From the NCBI RefSeq assembly GCF_009914755.1, contig NC_060930.1: DNA of 64,000 nt, one strand, 5' to 3'. A model generated the notes under the pieces. That model was not told the DNA's origin. It searched no databases and was given only the letters and a program-made list of their open reading frames with translations. The DNA comes from the human T2T-CHM13v2.0 reference genome, Homo sapiens. The translations under genes were made by a program, and so were the position numbers. Below, piece by piece: positions 1-23,840 of the stretch. Every line of letters starts with the position of its first letter. The stretch's first letter is position 1.

Positions 1-207
1 CGAGTTCCAGCGATTCTCCTGCCTCAGTCTCCTGAGTAGCTGGAATTACAGACACCCACCACCACATCCAGCTAATTTTTTGTATTTTTAGTAGAGACAG
101 GGTTTCGCTATGTTGGCCAGGCTGGTCTCGAACTCCTCACCTCGTGATCTGCCCGCCTCGGCCTCCCAAAGTGCAGGGATTACAGGCATGAGCCAATGCG
201 CCTGGCC
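1..207 (-). mobile_element. Alu (partial, runs off the window start)
   Basis: gcctcggcctcccaaagtgcagggattacagg...cctggcc. Confidence 0.9.
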
Positions 208-664
208 AGACATTTGGACTTCTTTAAAATTTTATTTCAAATTTTTAAAACTTTCTAATAGGTATTTTATCTTCTTAGGAAGTAAAATCTCAAGTACAGA
301 AAATATAAAAAGGTATAAAGAAGCAGAAGGATGGAAACTGCCAGTGTCTCCACTGGGAGGATCGGGATGAAACGTTGCCTGGCAGAGCCTCAGACTTCAG
401 AGGGAAGGGGCCTGGAGCTGTGCTTTGCAGCTGCCCCTGAGTTTCCACTCCTGGTTTTTGTGCATGCGGGTGACTGTGCAGGATGACTTAGTGTCGTCAT
501 GCTTATGAGTTATTTTGAATCTTGCTTTTCAAAACTTTATTATCAATACACAACTTTCTATCATATTACAAAATCTTCTTACACACAGCTTTCACCAGCT
601 GTAGGCTGTTTCCAAACAGAGGACCTAGCCACTCTTCTTTTGCATGTTTTTTTCATTATTGTAA

Positions 665-1056
<392 letters not shown>

Positions 1057-1117
1057 CATGAACATTTTTAAGCCTTCTCATACATATTATCAAATTACTT
1101 CTCAAAAGCAGTGTACC

Positions 1118-1523
<406 letters not shown>

Positions 1524-1559
1524 CTAGACAAGGTCCCTGCCTCGAAGAACATGACAACC

Positions 1560-3380
1560 AATGAAACAAATGAAAACAATTCTAATACCGGTGATAATTG
1601 TTATGGAGAAAATATGCTTGAGCTAGAAGGTTGATGGTGGTGAGGATGGTAGGAGATATAGTCTGTTGATCAAGATGTTCCTGGGAATTTGAACACTGGA
1701 CGTCTGAGCAGAGACCTGAATGGTGTGAGGGGCCTTTGGATCCCTTTGGATCCCTGGGGAGCAGGTGCACTTGGGGAGTTCCAGTGGGAGGTGCCTGAGA
1801 CAGGATTGAGCAGTGTTAGTGGAGATGAATGAGCTGGGCCGAGAGGGGTGGGATGAGGCCAGAGTGGCCAGAAGGATCCTGTGATGAGGGATGAGGGGCT
1901 GTAAAACATAGTGAGAGACTGGGGTTTCACTGTGCTAAGAAGGGAAGAGGCTGGCATGTCTGTGGGACGCGGAGGCGAGGATGAGCTCTAATTCCCATTT
2001 GAAATGCTCACTCTGACTATTGTGTGGGTGATGGACAGCGGGTGTGAGAGTCAGCAGGCAGCCCAGCTGGAAGGCCTTCTGGTTTACTATCTTGGAGAGG
2101 ATGGCCCTGGGGAGGAGGCAGTAGAGGAGTGAGAAGTGATTGGATTTGGGGTTAATACATTTTTAAGATGGTGTTAGCAATAACTCCTTGGAGAACCACA
2201 CATTTATTTGCTTACTTTAATTCTACAGCAACATTCGAGGTGGCTTACTGCAACAAACCCAGTGTAATAAATACATACGAATTACTTTAAAATCAACGCT
2301 AAGGAAAATATACATTTTAAAAGATTAAGGCTGGGGTAAAGCTGGAACATTACTAGGCAGGAAGGAACATCTGAAACATTTGCTGAAATGGAGTTGACCC
2401 TTTACCTAGCCATAGATTTGTTGCCTCACGATTTCATTGCATCTGAGCACCAGGGAGGGTGGTGGCAGTTCAGGTCACCAGTCCCTTGTTTCCTGATTCA
2501 GGAACAGCGTCCTGTTCTACACTTACAGTCAAAGCAAATTACATCATTATAAGATGTTTAATGATGAAGTCAAAGTCCACAGAGTCAGCAAGCAAGTGTA
2601 AAAACCTCAGGAGTCTAAGGACAGTCTACATTTCTCCCCAGAAATGGCCTCCCTATGTACTGTTGAAGGGAGAGGGTCCTTTCAAGGGGCTCCAAGACGC
2701 AGAAGCAACTGGGCTGCAGCTCGAAATAAAGATGTCCTTTCTACCTGCAGGTTCCACGAAGCCTCACAGGCAACTTTGGTGATCTCACCTGAGCTAGGAA
2801 TTCGGTTTTTTGATGTGGGTTCTCTTTGAGCCATTGTGTGAGCTTTAAAATGTGATGTGGAGATTTTGCTATACTGGTGTTTCCTTGCCGGAATTTGACA
2901 TCCATGGTGGCTCTGGCTTCCCTGTCTGGTCCCAGGAGGAAATGGAGTGTCCTGCACTTTTTTTCAGCTTCGCTTTGTGTAGGAAGGATCAGGAGACCTG
3001 GAGTCAGGGCTTCCTCCAATCTCACTCTCCTCCATAAAACAGTGTCTCCTAAGCTTTCTGGGGGTGAGGGCCTTGACACCGTGCTGTTCTGATGAATATA
3101 ACTGTCCCAGCTCCTGAAATAAAAGCACAGGTGCACAAAATACCGACTGTTGCAAGCAATGCCTAGGTGGGGATGTTTCCTAGGCGCCAGGTTTAGCACT
3201 TTGACTTTGTATGTACACACACAGGGGCCAGGCATTGTGGTTTATGCCTGTAATCTCAGCACTTTGGGAGGCTGAGGCATGAGAATTGTTTGAAGCCAGA
3301 AGTTCAAGACCAGCATGGGTAACAAAGCAAGACCCAGTCTCTACAAAAAAAAAAAAAAAAAAAAAGGGTATATATATACA

Positions 3381-3411
<31 letters not shown>

Positions 3412-3860
3412 TGGGTGTGGTGGCTCCAGTCTGTAGTCCCAGCTACTCGAGAAGCTGAGGTGGGAGGATTGCCTGAGTCCAGGAGTTGGAGCCTGCAGTA
3501 AGCTGTGATCAGGACACTGCAGACTGTCAGAGTGAGACCCTGTCTCAAAAACAAACAAACAAAACAAAAATACATACACACACACACAGCCAGAGCCAGC
3601 GCTGAGGGAGAGGCTGGACTCAGGGGCGGGGTCACAGGCGTTTCTCAGGTCCTTCTCGTGGTCTTTGTCTCTTTTTCCTGGAGGTGGGGGACTCTGTACT
3701 TCATGAGGAGAAGTTGTCTGAAGAAGGTGGGAGATACTCAGGAGCAGGGTCCAGAGAGGGAAAAGGATGAGGAAGTGGAGACAAAGCAGAGGGGGCAGGA
3801 CAAGAGGAGAGCACGCAAGGAATGGGGATGGGGAGGACCTTCCAGCTGTCAGAAAGGTCA
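1560..3860 (+). repeat. Ancient duplicated segment, copy A (includes an L2-like part)
   Basis: Collinear similarity with 27740-29850, e.g. agagacctgaat, tccctggggagcaggt, gctctaattccc.tttgaaa, tgtgtgggtgatggacagcgg, accagtccct.gtttcctg.ttcag, gaatttgac. Confidence 0.85.
3225..3590 (+). mobile_element. AluJ with (TA)/(CA)n microsatellites in the linker and tail
   Basis: Alu arms separated by an A run, tatata and (ca)n at ~3345-3410. Confidence 0.88.
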
Positions 3861-4251
3861 CCCGCAGAATTTGGCTCTTGGTTTTTCTGCTTTATCAGGA
3901 TGGATTTGGGAAACCAGCCGGAGTGGGAGATAAGGAGTCTACTTTGCAAAGGACACGTGTGAGCCTCCTCCTAGTTTGAACTCATGAGTAGCAGCTAACA
4001 GCCAGGACCCTTGTGTCGGGCACGTGAGGCCCCTTTGCAACCAGGGCGTTTTCTGCACCCCACCAGCCACCCCTCCTGGGACCACGCTGGTTCCCTCCAA
4101 CCCTAACAGGGAGAGAAGGAAGGAGAGGTCTGGAGGGTTTGGGTCCTCCCTTGTGCTCCTTCTTCCTCTGCCATTTATTCCCTGAGTGTCCTCGCCTTTC
4201 CTCCGCTACCTGGACCCCACTACAGTAATGCACACTGGCCTGGACTCCCTT

Positions 4252-4936
4252 TGTAACCACCAAGTGGGTTCATCTTGCCGGCTACCTAGACGAAGCCGAT
4301 TTATCAAGACAGGAGAATTGCAACAGAGAAAGAGTAATTCATGCAGAGCCAGCTGTGCGGGAGACCAGAGTTTTATTACTCAAATCAGTCTCCCCAAAAA
4401 CTCTCATCAGTTTTTAAGGATAATTTGGTGGATAGGGGGGCCAGTGAATCGGGAGTGCTGACTGGTTGGCTCCGGTATGAAATCATAGTGAGTGGAGGCC
4501 ATTCTCTTAGGCTGAGTCAGTTCCTGAACGTGGGGGCCACAGGACTGGTTGGCAGGTCCAGATGGGGCCCTCCAGCTGTTAAAAATACAAAAACCTGAAA
4601 AGACATCTCAAAAGGCCACTCTGAGGTTCACAATAGTGATGTTACCTTCAAGAGTAACTGGAGAAGTTGCAAATCTTATGACCTCTGGAATAATGGCTGG
4701 TAATATTCAGAATTCCAGCCCCTCTCATCCTAACTTAATGGCCGGTGGCCTTTCTTCGTTTTACAAGAACAGTTTCCCTTTAAACTATAAACTAAATTCC
4801 TTCCCAAGGCTAGTTCAGCCTACGCCTAGAAATGAAGAAGGGCAGTTTAGCGGTTGGAAGCAAGATGGGGTCAGTTAGGTTTGATGTCTTTCACTGTCAT
4901 CATTTCCTTAGTTATAATTTTGCAAAGGCGGTTTCA
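4252..4936 (-). mobile_element. Solo LTR, LTR8-like (ERV1)
   Basis: Reverse complement begins TGAAACCGCCTTTGCAAAATTATAAC; TG..CA ends; 4-bp TSD CCTT. Confidence 0.85.
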
Positions 4937-5519
4937 CCTTGGCTTCAGCCCCACCCATGCAGTAACACTGTGCCCTGTCCTTCCAACCACTGCCACTAGG
5001 TGGAAGCAGAGCGTGCATCGCCCAGATGGGCTAGATTCTCACAGGCTCACTGCTAGAACGAATATTCTTGAGACTTTAGATCTGAAAGTCAGCCTGATTT
5101 CTGAAAGCCTTGGACCGTTTCCAAAATCAAATCAATACTCCAGGAACAAGATCTGCCTCGACTTTGCCTCTACCCAAGGACGCTATGGCAACGCAGTTTT
5201 CAAACGTGCTTTGAGAATAAATGGAACAGGGTCCCCTGTGTCCCCACTCATTTGCGTTTTCCTTTTTATTACAGCCAACCGCTTTTGTAAATATTGTTAC
5301 ACATCTCTCTATTCCACTGAAAACATCTCTTTCAAATGCACTTTAAGAAAGATTCAATGCCATGAAAATATGAAGGATCCTCTTGAAAGAGAGTTTCTGG
5401 TGGTGGGTTTTAATGAACATTTTCTTTTTTAAAACTCTGTATTTCGTTGTGGGGCTTAGCTTCATATTTTCAAACTGAAATATTCTCTTCCTTAACCTCC
5501 ACATAAATCCAAGTTTATA

Positions 5520-5730
<211 letters not shown>

Positions 5731-5744
5731 TAAAATTCCAACAT

Positions 5745-6204
5745 TGTAGGGGATTGGTCAGGTGGTGGGAATAATTATAAAGATAAAGTTATAGGAAATA
5801 GACACAAACCTTCTTGGAAGGTGGAAAGTTTTGCAAAAGCCTCAGGATAGGGTTATAGCTGAAAGCAGCCTAATCCCCTTACCTTGAGTTAATAGCTTCG
5901 AGTAAGTACAAAGACATGTAAGAGAGTTTATCTAAAGAGCATGTTTACCTTTGATCATTTGTAGGACTGCTCTCTCCGGGGGACTGCGACCAGATTAATT
6001 ACCCACAGGTGTGTTGACTCAAAGCCTTTGTCATTAAATCTGTGCTGAATAAAGGCCCACAGGGCCAGATAGTCAGGGCACGCAGCTGCCACAACCCTTT
6101 CTGTGAGTGGCCTGGCCCTCTGGTGCACTCTTTCACTGAATATCGGTGTCTGAGTACATTATTCATCCATCGTGCAGCCTGGGTCTGCCGGTCAGACCCT
6201 GGCA
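5745..6204 (+). mobile_element. Solo LTR, LTR22-like (HERV-K HML-5)
   Basis: TGTAGGGG...CCTGGCA; AATAAA ~6048; 6-bp TSD CAACAT. Confidence 0.8.
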
Positions 6205-6324
6205 CAACATTTAAGAGGAAATGAAAGTCACAAAGTTATCCCAGTCTCTGGAGTCACTGTCAAAACTTTGGTGAGGAATCTTCCAGGTTTTCCCCTACTT
6301 CAAATATATATTAATATTATGTAA

Positions 6325-6609
<285 letters not shown>

Positions 6610-7141
6610 TAACCTTTTAAAAAAGGTTAAAAGTATGCTGGGCACATCTTTTCATAGCAATACTTAAAATTGCTCTTACTCTTTTTAATGACAACATAGA
6701 ATTTTATCGTGTAGCTGTTCTTTGGGAGACGATTAAAATCTTCTTTATCTTCACTGTGGTAGTGGAGATGTGGGTGTGTACAACAGCTAAAATTCAACAA
6801 GTTGAACATTTTAAATAGATGCAGTTTATTGCATGCAAAGTATGTCCCAATAAGATGATTTAAAAATATTATCCTCTTTGAGACTTGTACTTTGCTTATG
6901 TGAAACAAAACAAAACAAAAACCCTGTTCTTGTGCCCAGGAGACACACCCTGACACATCTGGAGGTAGAGGGTCATGCTGTCTGCAACTTACCCTCACAG
7001 GCTCTGAAATAACAATAATAGCAGCATATTTACAGATTTAGAGAGAGAGAAATTTGTGGTAAAAATGTTCATAAGTAAAACTAGATAAAGGGCAAAAATA
7101 AAAGAAATAATGAAACTACGTCTTTTAAATTTTCTCTCTCC

Positions 7142-8885
<1,744 letters not shown>

Positions 8886-9399
8886 CTAAATGCCTTAGAA
8901 CAAACCTTGCATATTCATTATTGTTATTGAACTATTAAAAGTCTTTTTTGGGGGCGAGCTGAATCAGATCCTTTGCTGGAGCTGGCACACGGAGGAAGTC
9001 CTGGAGGGAGGGTAGACACCGTGGAGGTAAGGGCTTGGGACCTGTGTCAGGAGAGCTAGGTCCATCTCCCTCCCAGTCTCTCACTAGGCTTATGATCTTT
9101 AGCAGTGAAAATAATCTCTCTAAGGTGGGGAAAGGACCCCGGTCCCTGCTGTGCTCAATAAATTATGAGGATCAAAATAAATTATCAGTGAATGTGAATG
9201 GGAAAACTAAGAAATTGTTAAAATTCTCGAATACATTACATTTTCATCCACAGAAAAGTGTAGGCTAGGGATCATGGGGGAATAGTTAGTAATGACAGGG
9301 ATAGTTGAACTTAAAAAAAAAGTTTGTGAGGCTGACAAAGAAGAAACGGACACATTTCCTGATCTTGGAGGGTTCATAGGGTAGAAGATGGTAGATGAC

Positions 9400-9563
<164 letters not shown>

Positions 9564-9616
9564 TCATGGCAGGGCACAATGAGTACTATCAGGAAGGTTC
9601 AAACCACGGGCTAAAT

Positions 9617-9800
9617 CAGTAGTTCTAAAACTTGACTACACATCGGAATCACCTAGGGAACTTTAAAAGATACTAAGATTTAGGTCCAACCTGGGTTTAC
9701 TGATTTAACAACCTAGGTTGTGGCTGTGGCCTGGGAACATGGATATTAAAAACTCTCCAGGTGGTTCTACACAGTGGCTAGGTTTGATGACCTCTGCCTA
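9617..9800. mobile_element. MER5-like hAT DNA transposon fossil
   Basis: cagtagttctaaaact...ggaatcacct...ccaggtggttct pattern. Confidence 0.55.
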
Positions 9801-10038
9801 GATGTCCCAACGACTAAGAGATGTGCGTTGGGGACAAGGCAATTCTCTTAGTAGAAAGAGGCTTTCGGGACAGCATTCTTATTATTGAGAATTGAGAATT
9901 CATATGCCACACAATTTATCCTTTTAAAGTGTGCAGCTCAGTGGCTTCTAGCGTAATCACAAGGTTGTGCCACCGTCACCACTGTCTACCCTGGAAGATT
10001 TTTTTTCCTTTTTTTCTTTTTTCTTTTCTTTTTATTTT

Positions 10039-10136
10039 AAAGGCTAGTCAAGTGAAACAGTGGGAGTGAAGAAGAAACAAAGACATCTATAACTGGTTGT
10101 GATCAATTAGTTGTAAACACTGCACTCAGACCAGCC
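10039..10136 (-). pseudogene. Y RNA (hY3/RNY3) retropseudogene with poly(A) tail and TSD
   Basis: Reverse complement GGCTGGTCTGAGTGCAGTGTTTACAACTAATTGATCACAACCAGTTA...CACTTGACTAGCCTTT matches hY3; T-rich tail 9999-10038; flanking tggaagatttt / tgggaagatttt. Confidence 0.92.
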
Positions 10137-11518
10137 TGGGAAGATTTTAAGGATATGGTGTGGTCTGATGGGTTCCAAGGCAGAGGTTACAATAGCCTGG
10201 AAGAGGGAGACTGCTTAGGCAGTGGCATCCTGGTGGGATAGGGTGAGGAGATCCCAGAGCCCACGTTTACTGCAACCCTGGGGAGATGTCACCAGAGAAA
10301 TGGGGGTGGTGCCAGACAGCAGATTGTGGCAGCTGAGGTTTTCCACGGTAGAGTAGAAGCATCCATCATGTGTGACATTCAGCAGATGGGGCGCTGTGGG
10401 TGGCTTGGAGCACTCTGGTTGTAACTGAGGCAGGCACCGTGTTTAGGAAGGCTGTGCAGTAATCTAGGCTGAAGGGAGGGGAAAGCCTAGACTAAGATTG
10501 TGGCTGTGGGATTGAAATAGCGTTGAAGGAGCTGACTTTGACTCCCGGAGATGATGGGGAAAGAGGAAATCAGAAGGGACCAAGGATGGTGATGTTCTTA
10601 AGAGAAACTGAGGAGGAAGAGAGGATGATATGGTGGCAGACGTATAGAGAGTCTTTGTAGATCTCTCACATTGGAGGGGACTATGGTCGGAGGTACAGAT
10701 GTCCTAAGGCAGGCTGGAAAAGGGAGTCTGGAGAGAGCTTGGTGTTGTAGTGAACCACAGGGAGCCGCCTCCTTGGCCCTGTGATCACCCAGGGACTGAA
10801 TAGAGAGGCGGCCCTGGGAGACTTCAGACATTTAGAGGATATAAGGGGGTGAAAGGGGGGCCTGGCTTTGAGTCAAAGGGAGGAGAAGGAGATTATAAAG
10901 CTGAAACGTCTAAGAGAGTTTGTGGTCTGAGCGGTTCTACTGCGGCAGGTGCTTCTGAGAGGCAGAGGTGGCTGAGATCTGGAAACAGGTCTGCAAATCT
11001 GGTCACTGGTCTCATTGCCAGTAACGCTGTGCGCGGTTGAGGGAGTGTGTTGGGAGAATAGCCACGCGTTGTCTGTCCTGGAAGGAACAAGCCAGTGAGA
11101 GCCGGTTTAATGGGGCGGCCGGCGAAAGGGGCTTGGTGAGGCCCGCGCTCCTCGGGGTGGGGGCGCGGGGATGGGTGGTCGCGATGCCGGGAGGGCAGGC
11201 AGGGCCCTGGCCGTGCTTATGAAGTTGGAGCTGTACTCTCAGCTACTCGAAGCTGGTCCCTGCTTTAGGCTGCGCTCCCGCGTGCTCCCCATTTTCTGGG
11301 CCCCAGGTCCCGCCTTCTAAATCTCCCCAGGTCTCCAGCCCACTGGAATTTTCTCTTCCAAGCGTGGCCCCGCCCTCTCCGCTCGTGATTGGCCCTAAGT
11401 TCCGGGCCCCAGTTTCATTGGATGAGCGGTCGGGGGACCGGGCCAGGTGACTAAGTTTCCGCGACGCCTTCTCCCCGGCCACTGCTTGAGCCGCTGAGAG
11501 GGTGGCGACGTCGGGGCC

Positions 11519-20317
<8,799 letters not shown>

Positions 20318-21749
20318 GAAGAAAACATCAGCTGCAGAGGGTCCAGGTGAGAAAAGCGGGCAGTTTCTGGAGATGGTAAGGCCCCTGTCTGGGCAGTAGG
20401 GTCCCCTCATTGCTCCTGCAAAGATAGGCATGTTGGTGACAAGGCTTCCGTAACAGGGGATGAAAGTTGGGGAATTTGGGAAGGGAATGGGGGCAGCATC
20501 TCCATCTACACCCATAAGTGCTGCCCAAGCAAGGGTCAAACGCCCAGCTGTGGCATCCTCCTGCTGCAGGTGAGGAGTGGGCAGCAGGGAGGGCTGCGGC
20601 GCCTGCTCTGTCCCCATCCCGGTCTCTGTGTCTCTTGAACTCACTAGGGCGCATCCAGGTGGGGTGAGCTGGGAATCACGTGCTGAATGCTAAGGGCCTG
20701 GATGATCACGGCCTCAGAGGGAGCAAATAGTAAAGGCAGCTGTGATCTGGGGAGGGCCAGAAACTGGAGAGGAATCTGAGGAGAGGCGGTGCCCCTATTC
20801 CCTTCCTCTCTGCATCCCCCTCCCCTGTTTCTCCAGCCATCGGGGCGGACACCGAGAAAAAGACCTATGAGGCCCAGCCTGGGGGCCCTGCCTGTGTAGC
20901 CCTTTGGAGACCCCTTGTAACAGGGAGGGTCCTGAGCACACATGGCCATCTCTGTCCACTTTGCAGCTCCCCATGCACCTCCTCCAGGAGCTTTCTTGGG
21001 GTTGTCGTGTCCTCTGCACCATTCGAGGCCCTACTCTTTCCAGGTTCCCACGGCCTGGCCTCCCTGAGTTTCTTGCAGATGACATGGATGAGTAGATAAG
21101 CAGATGTCCCTGGGCCATTTGAGGAGTGGGGCCCAGCCCCTCATCAGGGCAGCTGTGGTCCCTGTTTTCATCCTACCTCCGAGTGTTTTCTTCTCCAGTC
21201 CCTGAGGGACACAGTCCTCAGGGCCCATGTTTTTGGGGATTTAATCTGTGCTCTGTGGCCTCACCTTGCCCTCCCTGAGCCAATTTCCCTTTCTAAAGGT
21301 GGTCACTGCCTGGTAAGTTTGGAGTAAGGGACGGTCAGAATCATTTCCCCTACAGTCAGGTTGTTTGATGGGGGATGAAAAGAGACAGCAGGAAGTTTTG
21401 TGTTTCTGCAAAGACAGAAGCAGTTCAGGCGACAGTAAGAGGCTGGGGTGTCCAGGAGGATGTGTCTGGCAGTAGGGTCGCTGGTTTCTCATCCTTGAAC
21501 CTAATTGCACTGTCAATCGGCCCCTCAGGCCTGAGCAGATGGGAAGGTTTGTCCCCTGCCCTGCAGCAAGAGGGCCCTGTCCAGGAGGCACCCACAACAG
21601 GGGCAGTGCAGGTCTGTGGTCACTCCTGCTCTCACCTGTGGCGTCTCCCGTAGAGGGATTGTCAGTTCTGGTTCCCTGTGGGCAGGAATGGTTTCCTCAT
21701 AGGTCACTGGAGTTTTGGCCAGGAAAAGAGTATGAAGTTCATGTGCCAG

Positions 21750-21985
21750 TTTCTCAAAATTCCTGCTTTCAATGTTGATGTCCAGTAAAGATATTCGTAA
21801 TTTCAGCTCTATAATCTTAATAGGATTTCCTCTAATATTGTGAAGCATATTATATGAAACAGGAACACAAATTTCTCAAAATTCCTGCGATGTCCAATAA
21901 AGATTTTCATAATTTCAGCTCTGCAATCTTAATAGGATTTCCTAATACTGTAAAGCATATTAAATGAAACAGGAACTCAAATTTG
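21750..21985. repeat. Two-copy ~115-bp AT-rich tandem duplication in MICA intron 5
   Basis: tttctcaaaattcctgc...aatttcagctct..aatcttaataggatttcct...atgaaacaggaac starts at 21750 and again at 21872. Confidence 0.9.
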
Positions 21986-22897
21986 GAGCCCCCTCTCCAG
22001 GAGGTTCTGTGTGGAGATGGTGGCTGTGGCAGTGGCAGTTCCCAGGTGCAGAGGGTGGGCAGAGGCAGCCTCAGGCTAAGGGGTCTCCCCTACTCCACAT
22101 GGAGAAAATCCCTTGTAGGTTGCAAGGGCAGTGGCCGGGTGGAATCCCTGCTAGGGACAGAGCAGGAAGGCCTCGCAGCCTCACCAAGCAGCAGCCCTGG
22201 GGTGGAGCTGCGTTTCCAGGGTTAAGCGGACCAGGCAGGAGTAGCGGTTACTCAAGAGCAGGTCACAGGCTTGGGTTGTGAGGGTCAGGAGAGGCCAGGC
22301 CTCCTCGAGCAAGGTGGGGGTCCCAGGGTCAGGTCAGGTGCAGATCCTGTGGCAGCCACGTCTTTCCATGCTGGGCCTGCTGGGCCCCCCAGGCTTCCTG
22401 ATGGGGTCCCCAGTTAGGAGCTGCCTGCTCAGGGCTGGGAGGGGAGGAGCACTGAGCTGCAGATAGAGGGCAGAGCCCACAGTGGGCAGGGCCTGCCCTG
22501 GTGTGTAGGTGCCTCTGCAGGAGAGGAGGGCCTGGGGACTGAGAGCAAGGGTCAGGGCCTCTCTTTGGGGAGGCCTCTCACTGTAACAGGACTGGTCAGG
22601 CCTGAGAGGAGGGCACTGGGTTCCCTCTTGGGTCTTGTCCTTTAGTCTTGGGGCCCTTTCCCTCCCTGCACGATGAGTGGTGGGCACAGGGCACGGGCTG
22701 ATGTTGATGGAGTGATGGGAGGGAACTGGCAGGGGCTGGGAAAAGCAAGGAGGGAGGAAGAAAAAAGTGGGGGCCTCATCTTCCCTCAGAGAAAGGGCAA
22801 ATCTGGTTTTGGAGCAACTGAAGAGTGAAAAGTCCCCAGGGAATAAACACAACACTGCACCCAGTGGAGCATTTACCCATTTCCCTCTTTTCTCCAG

Positions 22898-23200
22898 AGC
22901 TCGTGAGCCTGCAGGTCCTGGATCAACACCCAGTTGGGACGAGTGACCACAGGGATGCCACACAGCTCGGATTTCAGCCTCTGATGTCAGCTCTTGGGTC
23001 CACTGGCTCCACTGAGGGCACCTAGACTCTACAGCCAGGCGGCTGGAATTGAATTCCCTGCCTGGATCTCACAAGCACTTTCCCTCTTGGTGCCTCAGTT
23101 TCCTGACCTATGAAACAGAGAAAATAAAAGCACTTATTTATTGTTGTTGGAGGCTGCAAAATGTTAGTAGATATGAGGCATTTGCAGCTGTGCCATATTA
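22898..23200 (+). other. MICA: MICA exon 6 (cytoplasmic-tail ORF 22898-23025, untranslated in this allele, plus 3' UTR; 3' end approximate)
   Basis: acceptor ctcttttctccag|; frame [42 protein letters not shown]. Confidence 0.92.
23123..23128 (+). terminator. AATAAA polyadenylation signal of MICA
   Basis: AATAAA followed by GT/T-rich sequence (ttgttgttgg; ttgtttttgttg). Confidence 0.7.
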
Positions 23201-23214
23201 ATTGGTGTCATTGT

Positions 23215-23840
<626 letters not shown>

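Noticed and set aside
4549-5432. 109-aa and 192-aa ORFs
   Set aside because: Overlap the antisense LTR8-like element and flank; no recognisable domain or splice structure
21750-21985. CRISPR-like or prokaryote-style repeat array
   Set aside because: Primate genomic DNA; only two diverged copies and no repeat-spacer structure anywhere in the window
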